NCBI GenBank assembly: GCA_963827275.1
Contig: CAWHAA010000005.1
Coordinates: 352,001-416,000 of the forward strand
Direction: 5' to 3'
DNA from: an uncultured Spirochaetota bacterium
GTDB taxonomy: Bacteria; Spirochaetota; UBA4802; UBA5550
Length of the DNA stretch: 64,000 nucleotides
The position numbers and the translations under genes were made by a program. This document shows positions 29,684 through 39,509 of the stretch, piece after piece; positions within the stretch are counted from its first letter, which is position 1, and every line of letters begins with the position of its first letter. The notes under the pieces are model-generated. The model saw only the letters and a program-made list of their open reading frames with translations. It made no database searches and had not been told where the DNA came from.

Positions 29684-29846
29684 GGCTTTCTCGCTATTTT
29701 TATATAATGAATGAAGATATTCGTAACTTTATCAAGAAATACATTTATAATGTCAACCAGAAAGATGCTATTATTGAAAAAAGATGGCTCCCCCCGTTTT
29801 TCTTATTGACACGTACAACTTTTATTTTTAATAAATGCAAAAGTCA

Positions 29847-29920
29847 GGGCAATTAGCTCAGTCGGTTAGAGCGCCTGCCTCACATGCAGGAGGTCGATGG
29901 TTCGAGTCCATTATTGCCCA
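29847..29920 (+). tRNA. tRNA-Val (CAC), CCA not encoded
   Basis: GGGCAAT/ATTGCCC acceptor stem, GCTC/GAGC D-stem, CCTGC-CTCACAT-GCAGG anticodon arm, GGTTCGAGTCC T-arm. Confidence 0.95.
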
Positions 29921-30058
29921 CAGAAAACAAACCCTGCAACACACATATAAAAAAGGGCGGCCCGGGGGGTTCTACCCGCAGCAGGAAAACATTCCGCGGC
30001 ACAATAGATGCAACAAAAAACAAGTCATTTTTTCATATCACCCGAGACCCTTGATAAA

Positions 30059-30283
30059 ATGAATATTGATTCGCGGCTCGATACCTATATCCGCGAATCG
30101 TTGAAACGCCATATGAACGGCGAGTATGTCGACTGCGGCGACCGCCAGATCTCAGATTATCTTTATGATAATCTGCAGATATGGATACTGACCAGGGACG
30201 GCACCACGTCAATCATCATATCCGGCAAGATTGACGAGTTGAACAAGCTCTGCCTGAAGCCGGAAGAAACGGCCGCGAGCTGA
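30059..30283 (+). CDS. Small hypothetical protein
   Basis: 74-aa ORF co-oriented with lspA; no recognised motif. Confidence 0.4.
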   Translation: MNIDSRLDTYIRESLKRHMNGEYVDCGDRQISDYLYDNLQIWILTRDGTTSIIISGKIDELNKLCLKPEETAAS

Positions 30284-30336
30284 GCGTGACGCGCGGCCGG
30301 CAATCGATTTTTCCCGCTGTGCGGAGCAGGACCTGA

Positions 30337-30876
30337 ATGAAAAGAACGATTTTACGGATCCTTGTCATCCTTCTCGTTATATCCATCAACATCGGCTGTG
30401 ATCAATACACCAAGCATCTCGCCGGAAAGAGCCTGCGGGGCGCCGGCACCGTCGCTGTAATCGGCGATTACTTCGTTCTCCGCTACGCCGAAAACCGGGG
30501 GGCGTTTTTAAGCATTTTTTCCGGGATACCGAAAGCGATATGGATCCTCGTTCTTCTGATACTGCCGGCCATCGCCCTTGCCGGGATGACCTTCTTTCTG
30601 ATATACAGCAGAACAATTCCCTGGCGCTACCTTGTTACCCTCTCGTGCCTGCCGGGCGGCGGCATCAGCAATGTGATGATCGACCGCCTGTTCAATAACG
30701 GCTACGTGATCGATTTCATGAACATCGGCATCGGAAACATCCGGTCGGGTATTTTCAATTGCGCCGACCTGTCCATCATCATCGGGTGCTGTGCAATGCT
30801 GGTATATGCTTTTAAAATAAAAAGCGGGAGCCCCCCGGGAAACAACACGCAACAGAGGAGAGCAACATGGAACTGA
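30337..30876 (+). CDS. lspA: Lipoprotein signal peptidase II
   Basis: DQYTK, NRGAFLS, DR..NGYVIDF, FNCAD. Confidence 0.9.
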   Translation: MKRTILRILVILLVISINIGCDQYTKHLAGKSLRGAGTVAVIGDYFVLRYAENRGAFLSIFSGIPKAIWILVLLILPAIALAGMTFFLIYSRTIPWRYLVTLSCLPGGGISNVMIDRLFNNGYVIDFMNIGIGNIRSGIFNCADLSIIIGCCAMLVYAFKIKSGSPPGNNTQQRRATWN

Positions 30877-31250
30877 TCGGCCTGACCCTGATCTTCATCA
30901 TCGCCGGGTGTATCGCCATCGCGACCGCGCTTTCAGCGGTATTCATCTGGATCGGCTCGAAATTCACCAGCGTCCCGGACACCACGTTCGGGAAGGCGTT
31001 CTACGCCGCGCTTCTCTCCAGCGTCGCGGTCTGGGCCCTGACCGGGCTGGGGACGGCATTCTTCGGCATCGGTTCACTTGCCGGCTGGCTCCTCGGCATC
31101 GCGATCACGCTCTGGATACTGAAATACGTGTACGCGACGGACTGGGGGAAGGCCGTGCTGATCTGGATATTCACCGGCATTGCCCATCTGATCGTCGCCG
31201 TGACCATGATCATCCTCCTGGTCAGCGGGGCGATAGCGCTGGCGCTCTGA
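30867..31250 (+). CDS. Hypothetical membrane protein (about 4 TM)
   Basis: Highly hydrophobic ORF with GAGGAG RBS. Confidence 0.65.
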   Translation: MELIGLTLIFIIAGCIAIATALSAVFIWIGSKFTSVPDTTFGKAFYAALLSSVAVWALTGLGTAFFGIGSLAGWLLGIAITLWILKYVYATDWGKAVLIWIFTGIAHLIVAVTMIILLVSGAIALAL

Positions 31251-31329
31251 ACAGGCGGCGCCGGATCAGCCGGACGGGACCGGCCGGCAATCATGCAGTG
31301 GACCATTATCAGCCCGGGGAAGAATTCAT

Positions 31330-31812
31330 GTGATGATACGTCAATGCCACGAACCGGACTTCGACGCCATGCTCCGCGTCATTAACGATTCCGCGCAGGC
31401 ATACCGCGGCGTGATCCCGGCCGACCGGTGGCATGAGCCATACATGTCGCGTGAAGAGCTGGCGCGGGAAATCAGGGACGGCATTCTCTTCTGGGGCTGC
31501 GAACGGGACGGCGCCCTTCTCGGCGTGATGGGAATCCAGGACGTGATCGACGTGACCCTGATCAGGCATGCCTATGTAGCGACCAGAGAGCGCGGAAAGG
31601 GGATCGGGAGCGGCCTCCTGACCGGGCTCATCGCGCAAACGGACCGGCCGCTGTTGATAGGCACCTGGGCGGATGCGGTCTGGGCAATTCGTTTTTATGA
31701 GAAGCACGGCTTCCGGCTGGTATCACCCGAAGAAAAAGACCGCTTGCTGAAAAAATACTGGAAGATACCGGCGCGGCAGGTGGAAACCTCCGTCGTCCTT
31801 GTCGGACAGTAA
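31330..31812 (+). CDS. GNAT family N-acetyltransferase
   Basis: RHAYV...RGKGIGS, AIRFYEKHGF. Confidence 0.88.
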   Translation: MMIRQCHEPDFDAMLRVINDSAQAYRGVIPADRWHEPYMSREELAREIRDGILFWGCERDGALLGVMGIQDVIDVTLIRHAYVATRERGKGIGSGLLTGLIAQTDRPLLIGTWADAVWAIRFYEKHGFRLVSPEEKDRLLKKYWKIPARQVETSVVLVGQ

Positions 31813-31836
31813 TCCCTTCCGCCCGGACAGCGGCCC

Positions 31837-32625
31837 TTACATGCCGGGCATGCTGGTAAAAACGCCCAGCGGGTCCACCTCGTTCCGCAGGACCGCCAGC
31901 ATCTCAGCCGAGGGCGCGGGTGTCACGGGGATCTCGCCATCGGGCTTGAGGAGCTCGAAGCCGGTTGCCATCTGGGCAAGGCCCATCGGCACGCCCGGGT
32001 TCAAGGACTTCACGCGCATGCGCTTGGTGACCGGCTCGAAGTCATACACGCCGGCATTGGTCACGACCGCGACAGGCCCCTCGCCCAGGAGACCGGCCTT
32101 CTTTCTGGAATCGCCGCCGTCGAGGAAGCCCACGGACGTTATGAAGTCCACCTTCTTGACAAACTTGTCCGGGGACTGGATCCCCACCAGCACCATTTTT
32201 TCCGACAGGGAGGAGAGGTCGTTGTTGCCGCCCGACCCGGTCAGACGGACCTTCGGCTTGAGGAGATCGGTGCCGATCATGTGCGTGTTGATGTTCCCGT
32301 ACATGTCGATCTGCGCGAAGCCGAGGAACCCGATATCGACATACCCGTTGTAGGCCTGTCCGAAGGAATAGGACATCTCGAGTATCATGGGCGACTTGCG
32401 CCACGTGAACGGGCCGCCCACCGACCAGGGCATGCCGCCCTCGAGCGGGTCCTGCGCCCCGGATTCATAGACGAGGGTTATGTTCGGCGCGTGCGTCTTG
32501 CGCGCCAGGATCGCGGCCACCATCGGGAGGCCGGTCCCCACATACACCACCTGGTGGTCCTCGATCTGCAGGGAGAGATTATATGCTACCATTTCAAGGG
32601 GATTGGCTGGTTTAATATCTGTCAT
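31837..32625 (-). CDS. Family I CoA-transferase beta subunit (glutaconate CoA-transferase-like)
   Basis: VGTGLP, YESG catalytic Glu, AQIDMYGNIN, GSGGNND. Confidence 0.85.
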   Translation of the reverse strand: MTDIKPANPLEMVAYNLSLQIEDHQVVYVGTGLPMVAAILARKTHAPNITLVYESGAQDPLEGGMPWSVGGPFTWRKSPMILEMSYSFGQAYNGYVDIGFLGFAQIDMYGNINTHMIGTDLLKPKVRLTGSGGNNDLSSLSEKMVLVGIQSPDKFVKKVDFITSVGFLDGGDSRKKAGLLGEGPVAVVTNAGVYDFEPVTKRMRVKSLNPGVPMGLAQMATGFELLKPDGEIPVTPAPSAEMLAVLRNEVDPLGVFTSMPGM

Positions 32626-32664
32626 GTCCTGGTTCCTCCTTTAGTATATGGCCGTCGTCCCGGC

Positions 32665-33765
32665 TCAGTAGTAGATTCCCGTTTCGGTTTCAAGGGTCTT
32701 GAATTCCTTGTAGGAAAAATCGACGCCCAGGTCTTCATTGTCATACTCTTCCGCCTTGGTCGTCTTCCGGGAATTGGTGATCCACCTGACCCCTCCCAGC
32801 TTATCCACGAAATCAAACTGGTCCTTCGAGGAGAAGACCCAGTACTCGAAGTACTCGTTGATGTTCGCATCGGAAAGGCAGGCCCACCGCATCAGCTTTT
32901 CCCACCACTGGCGCGACCAGTAGTAGTGGCCCGGCATGCTGCCGGGCGTGGCGCCGAAGGGCAGCTCGACCACCGCGTCAACGTAGGTGAAGGGTATCAC
33001 CACGCCCTTGTTGTTGCTCCGTATATCGCCCGGGGGGACGATCTCCTCGGCGGTGATGATGAGCCGCCGCGCCGCGGCCGCCAGTGCTATGTCGTTAATC
33101 GGCGGGCCGTACATGCGCGCGTTGCCGAACCGGTCCGCCGCCTGCACATGGATAATGGCGATGTCGGGGTAGAGCGCCGGCACAAAGACCACCGGGTCAC
33201 TGTCGGCGCGCATCGGGTTCTGCATCACCTTCACGTAGGGATTATACTTTAAGATGTCGGAGCCGAGGAGCTGCTTGCTGAAGACGCCCGCGACGCCGAG
33301 CTGCGCGGCCTTGAAGCCCTGGGCCATGGTGCCGTGGCTCCACTCGGACAGGATGGCGGTCCTCCCTTCTATGAGCGACCGCGAATAGGCCCGGTCATAA
33401 CCGCGCATCTCCGCGCCCGAATAGGAGTTGTGCGAAAACCTGGCGGCCCCGAAATGGATCATGTAGCTCTGGTTGGAGTTCGGCGAGCCGATCATCTGGA
33501 TGTTCTTTTTCCCCTGCCTCAAGATCTCAAAGTAGGCCTGCATGGGGGTCCGCACGTAGCTGAACCCGGTATCGCTGAGCACGTCACCGTCCCTGACAAA
33601 TTCGCCGATCGCCTCTTTGAGTGAAAGCCGCTTGTCACGGCGCGAACGCTCCTTCTTTATATGGTCCCGGCGGGCGGATTCAAAGTCAACAAGGGGATCC
33701 AGAATGCCGGTGTCATCGATCTTCAAGTTTTTCAACGCTTCTTTGTTGTAATCAAACGCGCTCAT
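32665..33765 (-). CDS. Family I CoA-transferase alpha subunit
   Basis: LKEAI..FVRDGD, LLGSDI, PALYPDIAIIHVQAADRFGNA, AEEIV, VDAVVE.PFGA.P. Confidence 0.85.
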   Translation of the reverse strand: MSAFDYNKEALKNLKIDDTGILDPLVDFESARRDHIKKERSRRDKRLSLKEAIGEFVRDGDVLSDTGFSYVRTPMQAYFEILRQGKKNIQMIGSPNSNQSYMIHFGAARFSHNSYSGAEMRGYDRAYSRSLIEGRTAILSEWSHGTMAQGFKAAQLGVAGVFSKQLLGSDILKYNPYVKVMQNPMRADSDPVVFVPALYPDIAIIHVQAADRFGNARMYGPPINDIALAAAARRLIITAEEIVPPGDIRSNNKGVVIPFTYVDAVVELPFGATPGSMPGHYYWSRQWWEKLMRWACLSDANINEYFEYWVFSSKDQFDFVDKLGGVRWITNSRKTTKAEEYDNEDLGVDFSYKEFKTLETETGIYY

Positions 33766-34193
33766 GACCGCCTCCCTGCATAGAGTAGGATTCAAGTATT
33801 AATATATGCCACTCCCGGGAAGAAAACAATCCTCGTGATGGGTGATTTTATGGTAAAATAACCACTGCTCCTGTGACCCGGTCATAGCTATTTCCGTGAC
33901 AGGCGGGCCGTCCTGAATCCGGCCGCGGAACATGGAAACCATCGCCCCGCTATCGGCCTACAACTAACAGGCGTTATTTTTATTGCCTGTTGCTATTTGT
34001 AATATTTTGTAATTTTTTTCAAGGCCGTAATTTTTAAAAAAATCTCGGAACACGATGAATTATGTCAAAAACGTCTTGCATTAATTAGCTAAGAAAAAAA
34101 ATTATAATCATTACAGGTTTACCGGATACTCATGGCCGGCAAACCCAAACAGCACATTGAATCTTAACTTACTCATTTCCAAGGAGGAACAAT

Positions 34194-37167
34194 ATGCCTT
34201 TATCCCGAAGGGACTTTCTGAAACTTTCGGGAATGACCGCGGCCGGTGCTTTTGTCGGCGGCGCGTCGTTTCTGACCGGCTGTAAATCGGCCGACAAGCT
34301 TCGCGGCACGAAAGAATCCACCACCATCTGCCCGTATTGCGGTGTCGGCTGCGGATTGATCGTCTCATCTCGAGACGGAAAAGTCATAAATACCGAAGGC
34401 GATCCCGATCATCCCATCAACCACGGGGCCCTCTGCGCAAAGGGAAGCTCGCTCTTCCAGGTCGCGGTGAACGACCGGCGGCTGACCAAGGTGCAGTACC
34501 GCAAACCGTACGGCACCGAGTGGGAAGAGCTGTCATGGGACGAAGCCTACAAACGCATAGCGCGCCGCGTTAAAGACGCCCGCGACGCCACCTTCCAGGA
34601 GAAGGACGGCGCCGTTACCGTCAACCGGACCCCCGGCATCGCAAGCCTGGGCGGCGCGGCCCTTGACAACGAAGAGTGCTACGTGCTCACGAAATTCATG
34701 AGGACGCTCGGCGTCACCTACCTTGAACACCAGGCACGAATTTGACACTCCGCCACGGTCGCCGGTCTGGCGGCCTCTTTTGGACGGGGTGCAATGACGA
34801 ACCACTGGATTGACATCAAGAACTCTGACGTAATATTCATGATAGGCAGCAATGCCGCGGAAAACCACCCGGCGTCGTTCAGGTGGATACTGAAGGCGAT
34901 GGAAGAGCGGAATGCCAAGCTGATCGTGGTAGACCCGCGGTATTCCAAGTCCGCATCGATGGCGAGCCTGTACGTGCCGATACGGCCCGGTACCGACCTC
35001 GCGTTCCTGGGCGGGATGATCAACTACGCCCTCGAGAAAAACCTCATTCAAAAAGAATATGTCGTGGAATACACCAACGCATCGTACCTGGTGAACCCGG
35101 ACTACAGATTCAACGACGGGCTCTTCTCCGGGTATGACGCCGGCAAGCGCAACTACGGCGACCGTAAATCCTGGACCTACCAGGTGGACGCGAAGAAGGT
35201 CCCCAAGCGGGACAAGACCCTCAAGAATCCGCAGTGCGTGTACCAGCTCATGAAGAATCATTACAGCAGGTACACCCCCGAGATGGTCGAAAAGGTAACC
35301 GGCTGCCCGAAGGACACCTTCCTTAAGGCCGCCGAGATATTCTGCTCGACGCACAAGCCGGACAGGGTCGCGAACTTCATGTACGCGATGGGCATCACCC
35401 AGCATACGGTCGGCACGCAGAACGTGCGCGCGCTCGCCATGCTCCAGCTCCTCATGGGCAACATGGGTCTGGCCGGCGGCGGCATCAACGCGCTGCGGGG
35501 CGAATCGAACGTGCAGGGATCGACCGACCATGCCCTGCTCTTCCACATCATCCCCGGCTACATGCCTGCGCCGAACGTGAAGGACCATCCGACACTGGAA
35601 GCGTACAACAACACGACGCCCAAGACCGAAGACCCGATGAGCATGAACTGGTGGTCAAACCGGCCCAAGTACCTGGTCAGCATGCTGAAGGCCTGGTACG
35701 GCGACGCGGCGACAAAGAAAAACGACTTCTGCTACGACTGGCTCCCGAAGTACACCAGCCCCTCCCCCTACATCCTCCTCTTCGAGGACATGCTCAAGGG
35801 GACGATGAAGGGTGCGTTCTTCATGGGGACCAACCCGATCGTCGGCGGCCCGAATGCCAACCGCAACGCCCAGGCCATGGAAAAGCTGGACTGGCTGGTA
35901 GCGGTTGACCTCTGGGAAACGGATTCTGCCATATTCTGGAAGCGTCCGGGCGCGAACCCGGCCCAGATCAAGACCGAGGTCTTCCTCCTCCCGGCGGCGT
36001 CTTCCGTCGAGAAAGAGGGCAGCGTCTCCAACTCGGGCCGGTGGGCGCAATGGCGCTACAAGGCCGTCAATCCTCCGGGGGTCGCCAAGTCCGACCTTGA
36101 CATCCTGGACACGCTCTTCCTCATGCTGAGGGACCTCTATAAAAAAGAGGGCGGCAAGTTCCCCGACCCCATACTGAAGTCAAACTGGGACTACCGGGAG
36201 CATGGCGAGCATGAAGCGTCGCCGCACCTCGTGGCGAAAGAGATCAACGGGTACACCTGGCCTGAAAAGAAGCAGATGAAGAACTTCCTTGACCTTAAGG
36301 ACGACGGTTCCACAGCATGCGGAAACTGGCTCTACAGCGGCACCTACCCGGGTAGAAAACCTGATGGCCCGCCGCGGATCGAAAGACGCACCCAACAAGA
36401 TCGGCGCGTTCCCGGAATGGTCATGGTGCTGGCCGCTCAACCGGCGGATCATATACAACAGGGCGGCGGTCAACCGCAAGGGCGAACCGTGGGACGCCAA
36501 CCGCTGGGTAGTGAAATGGACCGGCAGCAAGTGGAAAGGCGACGTCGTTGACGGCGGCCCGAAGGCCGGCCCCGAGGCGAAGAACCCCTTCATCATGAAC
36601 AACGAGGGCGTGGGACGGCTTTTCTCGCCCGGCAAGGCCCTGACAGACGGGCCGTTCACCGAGCACTACGAGCCGATGGAAAGCCCCATCCCCAACCTTT
36701 TTAACAGCCAGAAGGTGAACCCGGCCGCGAAGATCATCGGCGATGTCATCGGGCAGTTCGGAAATTCCGGGCAGTACCCCTACATTGCCACTTCGTACCG
36801 GGTGGTTGAACACTGGCAGGCCGGCGCCATGACGCGTAACCTGCCCTGGCTCAACGAGCTTGTTCCCGACATGTTCTGCGAAATCAGCCCGTCCCTGGCG
36901 CAGGCCAAGGGCATCAAGAACGGCGACCGTGTCAGCATCTTTAATGCCCGTGGAAACGTAAAAGCATACGCACTGGTGACCGAACGGATGCAGCCCCTCA
37001 CCGTCAACGGGCGGACCGTGGAGATGATCGGCATGATCTGGCACTTCGGGCCCGGCGGCGCCGCCACCGGCGACGCGGCAAACCAGATCACCCCGTCCAT
37101 CGGGGACGCCAATACCATGATACCGGAATTCAAGGCGTTCCTCGCCGACATCAGGAAGGAGGCATAA
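34194..37167 (+). CDS. fdnG: Tat-exported (probably lipidated) selenocysteine formate dehydrogenase alpha; Sec UGA at 34743-34745; apparent frameshift near 36350
   Basis: SRRDFLK...FLTGC; CPYCGVGC...LCAKG; LEHQARI-UGA-HSATVAGL; ALRGESNVQG; PEFKAFL. Confidence 0.92.
34757..34775 (+). promoter_or_regulatory. Bacterial SECIS hairpin (FDH3)
   Basis: GGTCGCC-GGTCT-GGCGGCC 11 nt after the in-frame TGA. Confidence 0.8.
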
Positions 37168-37170
37168 ACC

Positions 37171-37980
37171 ATGTCAGGAAAAGCGTTTTTAGTGGATACC
37201 ACCAAGTGCTCGGGGTGCCGGGCATGCCAGGTTTCATGCAAGCAGTGGAACAACCTGCCCGGCGAGAAGACGACCTTCTTCGCCGGTCCGGAATACACCA
37301 ATCCGGCCGAGCTTTCGGCGATCACGTTCAATCATGTGAAGTTTTTCCCGATTGACCGCAAACAGCCGGGCAAGCCGTTGTGGATGATCATGCACAAGAA
37401 GTGCTACCACTGCGAAGAGGCAAACTGCCTCAGGGTCTGTCCGCAGCACGCCATATCCAAGGTGGAAGGCTGGGTCGTCATCGACCAGTCGCTCTGCATC
37501 GGTTGCGGCGCCTGCGTCAACGAGTGCGTGTACAAGGTGCCCCATGTCCTCGAAGAAGACATGAAAAAATACGGCGCCGAGGGAGTCATCAAAAAGGACA
37601 AGTCGTACAAGTGCCACGCATGCATGGAGAACAAGAGGGACGTTCCCCTCTGCGTCATGCATTGCCCCACCGGCGCCATGAGCTACGGCGAGCGCGCGGC
37701 GCTGGTAAAGAAGGGCCTGCAGCGGGTACGCCAGGTATCGGCCGAATTCCCCCACGCCAACCTGTACGGCCTCGAGGAATTCGGCGGCCTCAGGGTCCTG
37801 ACGGTGCTCAAGGACAGCCCCGAAAAATACGGGCTGCCCACAGGCGAGAAGGCCAAGGCGATCGACCTCGCCAGGGCCGAGGCCATCAAGGACACCTACG
37901 CGCTGCTGTCGATGTTCACCTTCGGGCTTCCCTCGCTGAAAAGGGTCGCCTACAGGATATCGAAGTCGATGGTCGGTTAA
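37171..37980 (+). CDS. Formate dehydrogenase beta Fe-S subunit (four clusters, hydrophobic C-terminus)
   Basis: CSGCRACQVSC, CYHCEEANC, CIGCGACVNEC, KCHAC...CVMHC. Confidence 0.9.
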   Translation: MSGKAFLVDTTKCSGCRACQVSCKQWNNLPGEKTTFFAGPEYTNPAELSAITFNHVKFFPIDRKQPGKPLWMIMHKKCYHCEEANCLRVCPQHAISKVEGWVVIDQSLCIGCGACVNECVYKVPHVLEEDMKKYGAEGVIKKDKSYKCHACMENKRDVPLCVMHCPTGAMSYGERAALVKKGLQRVRQVSAEFPHANLYGLEEFGGLRVLTVLKDSPEKYGLPTGEKAKAIDLARAEAIKDTYALLSMFTFGLPSLKRVAYRISKSMVG

Positions 37981-38000
37981 GCCTGAATTTAATTTGACAC

Positions 38001-38042
38001 AAAAGCCCCACGGCTGGGATTATCCACCGTGGGGCTTTTTTT
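38001..38042 (+). terminator. Rho-independent terminator
   Basis: AAAAGCCCCACGG...CCGTGGGGCTTTTTTT. Confidence 0.85.
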
Positions 38043-38072
38043 ACTGCAACGCGCCACAAGGGCACTATACCG

Positions 38073-39509
38073 ATGGACACCAGTGACATATCAGCCTATA
38101 TAATTGCCGGGGGCAAGAGCACGCGCTTCGGCGAAGACAAGGCGCTCTACCTATACCGCGGAAAGCCGCTCATCGAGCATGTAATCGAAAGGATCGCGCC
38201 GCTTTTCGGAAAAATAGCGATCGTTGCCGATGATTCGGACAGGTTCAGCTACCTCGGGTTTCCCTGCTACGGCGACATCATCCCCGGCCTCGGTCCGCTG
38301 GGCGGGCTCTATACCGCGCTGATGCGGACTGATACCGACGGGGTTTTCGTATTTGCGTGCGACATGCCCGAATGCAACCGGGGGCTTATCCGGTACATGA
38401 TATCAGAGTCAGCGGGCTATGACGCGACCATTCCGATCAAGCATGGATATCATGAGCGCCTCCACGCAATATACCGGCGCTCCTGCATCGGCGCCATTGA
38501 AAAGCGCATCGACAGCGGGCAGCGCCAGTTCAGCAGTTTTTTCGAAGATGTCACGGTCCGCGAGATCAGGGATGAGGAGATATGGAAGTTCGGCGATCCT
38601 GATATCGTTTTCAGAAACATAAATTACCGCCGGGATGCGGAAATACCTATTACGAGGAGATGGCACATGCACGTCCATTCAAAATACCTGGAGAGCCGCG
38701 CTGCAAAGGCGCTGGATAACGGAATGATCACCGCGGAGATGCTTGATTTCTACAAGGCCCTGTACGCCGTCAGCGACGCGCAGCATGAACGCTATATAAA
38801 TGCAGCCGCCATGCCGGCCCCCAGGCTCGAAGACCTTCCGCTGTCAGAAAACGGCGCGCACCTCTTCACGGACGGAGCCGCCGGCAGCCTGCTCCTGCCC
38901 GGCCTCGCGCCGCTTATAGAGGCCACGACCGCGCATCATCCGGGCCTGTCGCTCGAGTCTCTGCGGCTTGCCCTGTCCGGCGGGGCCGCTTCCGGCGAAG
39001 CAATCGCGGCAGTGCTGAAAAAGGATTCCGAGCGCATCGCAAAGCTCGCCGCCGACTGCAAAATTGGCGCCGATGAGACGATCTTCATCCTCAGCAACTG
39101 GATGAAGCCGTTCCTGGCGGCGTTGCGGGAACGCAGCGGCCTCCCCATCAATGAGACCGAAACAGAGATACTCTGCCCGTTCTGCGGCTACTACCCGGAC
39201 ATGGCGGCCATAGTGTCAGGAAAAGACGGGAAGCGGTTTCTCCACTGCTCCCTCTGCGGCCACCGGTGGCCCTTCAGGCGCATCATGTGCGCGGTATGCG
39301 GCACCGAAAACGCGGACAGCCTTGAAAACCTTACTCCCGAGGGGGATACCCGTAACCGCATCGACGTGTGCGGCTCCTGCAACGGCTACATCAAGACCCT
39401 CAGGTTCGACTCCATCGACGCCCTCGACGAGTGCGACCTCGAGGTGGAGAACATCCTCACGGCCGGCCTTGACAGCGCGGCGCTCAAGAAGGGCTTCAGG
39501 AGGCCGTAG
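38073..39509 (+). CDS. MobA (Mo/W cofactor guanylyltransferase)-FdhE fusion; internal in-frame start at 38667
   Basis: IAGGKSTRFGEDKA, GPLGG, ACDMP, NIN (MobA); CPFCG, CSLC, CAVC, CGSCNGYIK (FdhE). Confidence 0.8.
   Translation: MDTSDISAYIIAGGKSTRFGEDKALYLYRGKPLIEHVIERIAPLFGKIAIVADDSDRFSYLGFPCYGDIIPGLGPLGGLYTALMRTDTDGVFVFACDMPECNRGLIRYMISESAGYDATIPIKHGYHERLHAIYRRSCIGAIEKRIDSGQRQFSSFFEDVTVREIRDEEIWKFGDPDIVFRNINYRRDAEIPITRRWHMHVHSKYLESRAAKALDNGMITAEMLDFYKALYAVSDAQHERYINAAAMPAPRLEDLPLSENGAHLFTDGAAGSLLLPGLAPLIEATTAHHPGLSLESLRLALSGGAASGEAIAAVLKKDSERIAKLAADCKIGADETIFILSNWMKPFLAALRERSGLPINETETEILCPFCGYYPDMAAIVSGKDGKRFLHCSLCGHRWPFRRIMCAVCGTENADSLENLTPEGDTRNRIDVCGSCNGYIKTLRFDSIDALDECDLEVENILTAGLDSAALKKGFRRP

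Noticed and set aside
28115..29707. 530-aa plus-strand ORF and other long antisense ORFs (e.g. 720-2036, 2653-3807, 44703-45743)
   Set aside because: Shadow ORFs opposite well-supported genes, expected from high GC3 codon bias; no motifs
29847..30340. tRNA-Val as an integration site for a genomic island
   Set aside because: No integrase nearby and no duplicated tRNA 3' end noticed in the window
33905..33975. Resemblance to the c-di-AMP (ydaO) riboswitch (CTGAATCC...GGAAC...GGAAACC...CAACTAAC)
   Set aside because: Too short: the central GGGG-AATC/GTAGGG/CCCGAACCC core is missing; an Rfam scan would settle it
34060..34080. ModE-like box upstream of FDH3 (TTATGTC-N6-GTCTTG)
   Set aside because: Only one half-site matches and the double-box/-35 spacing is not reproduced
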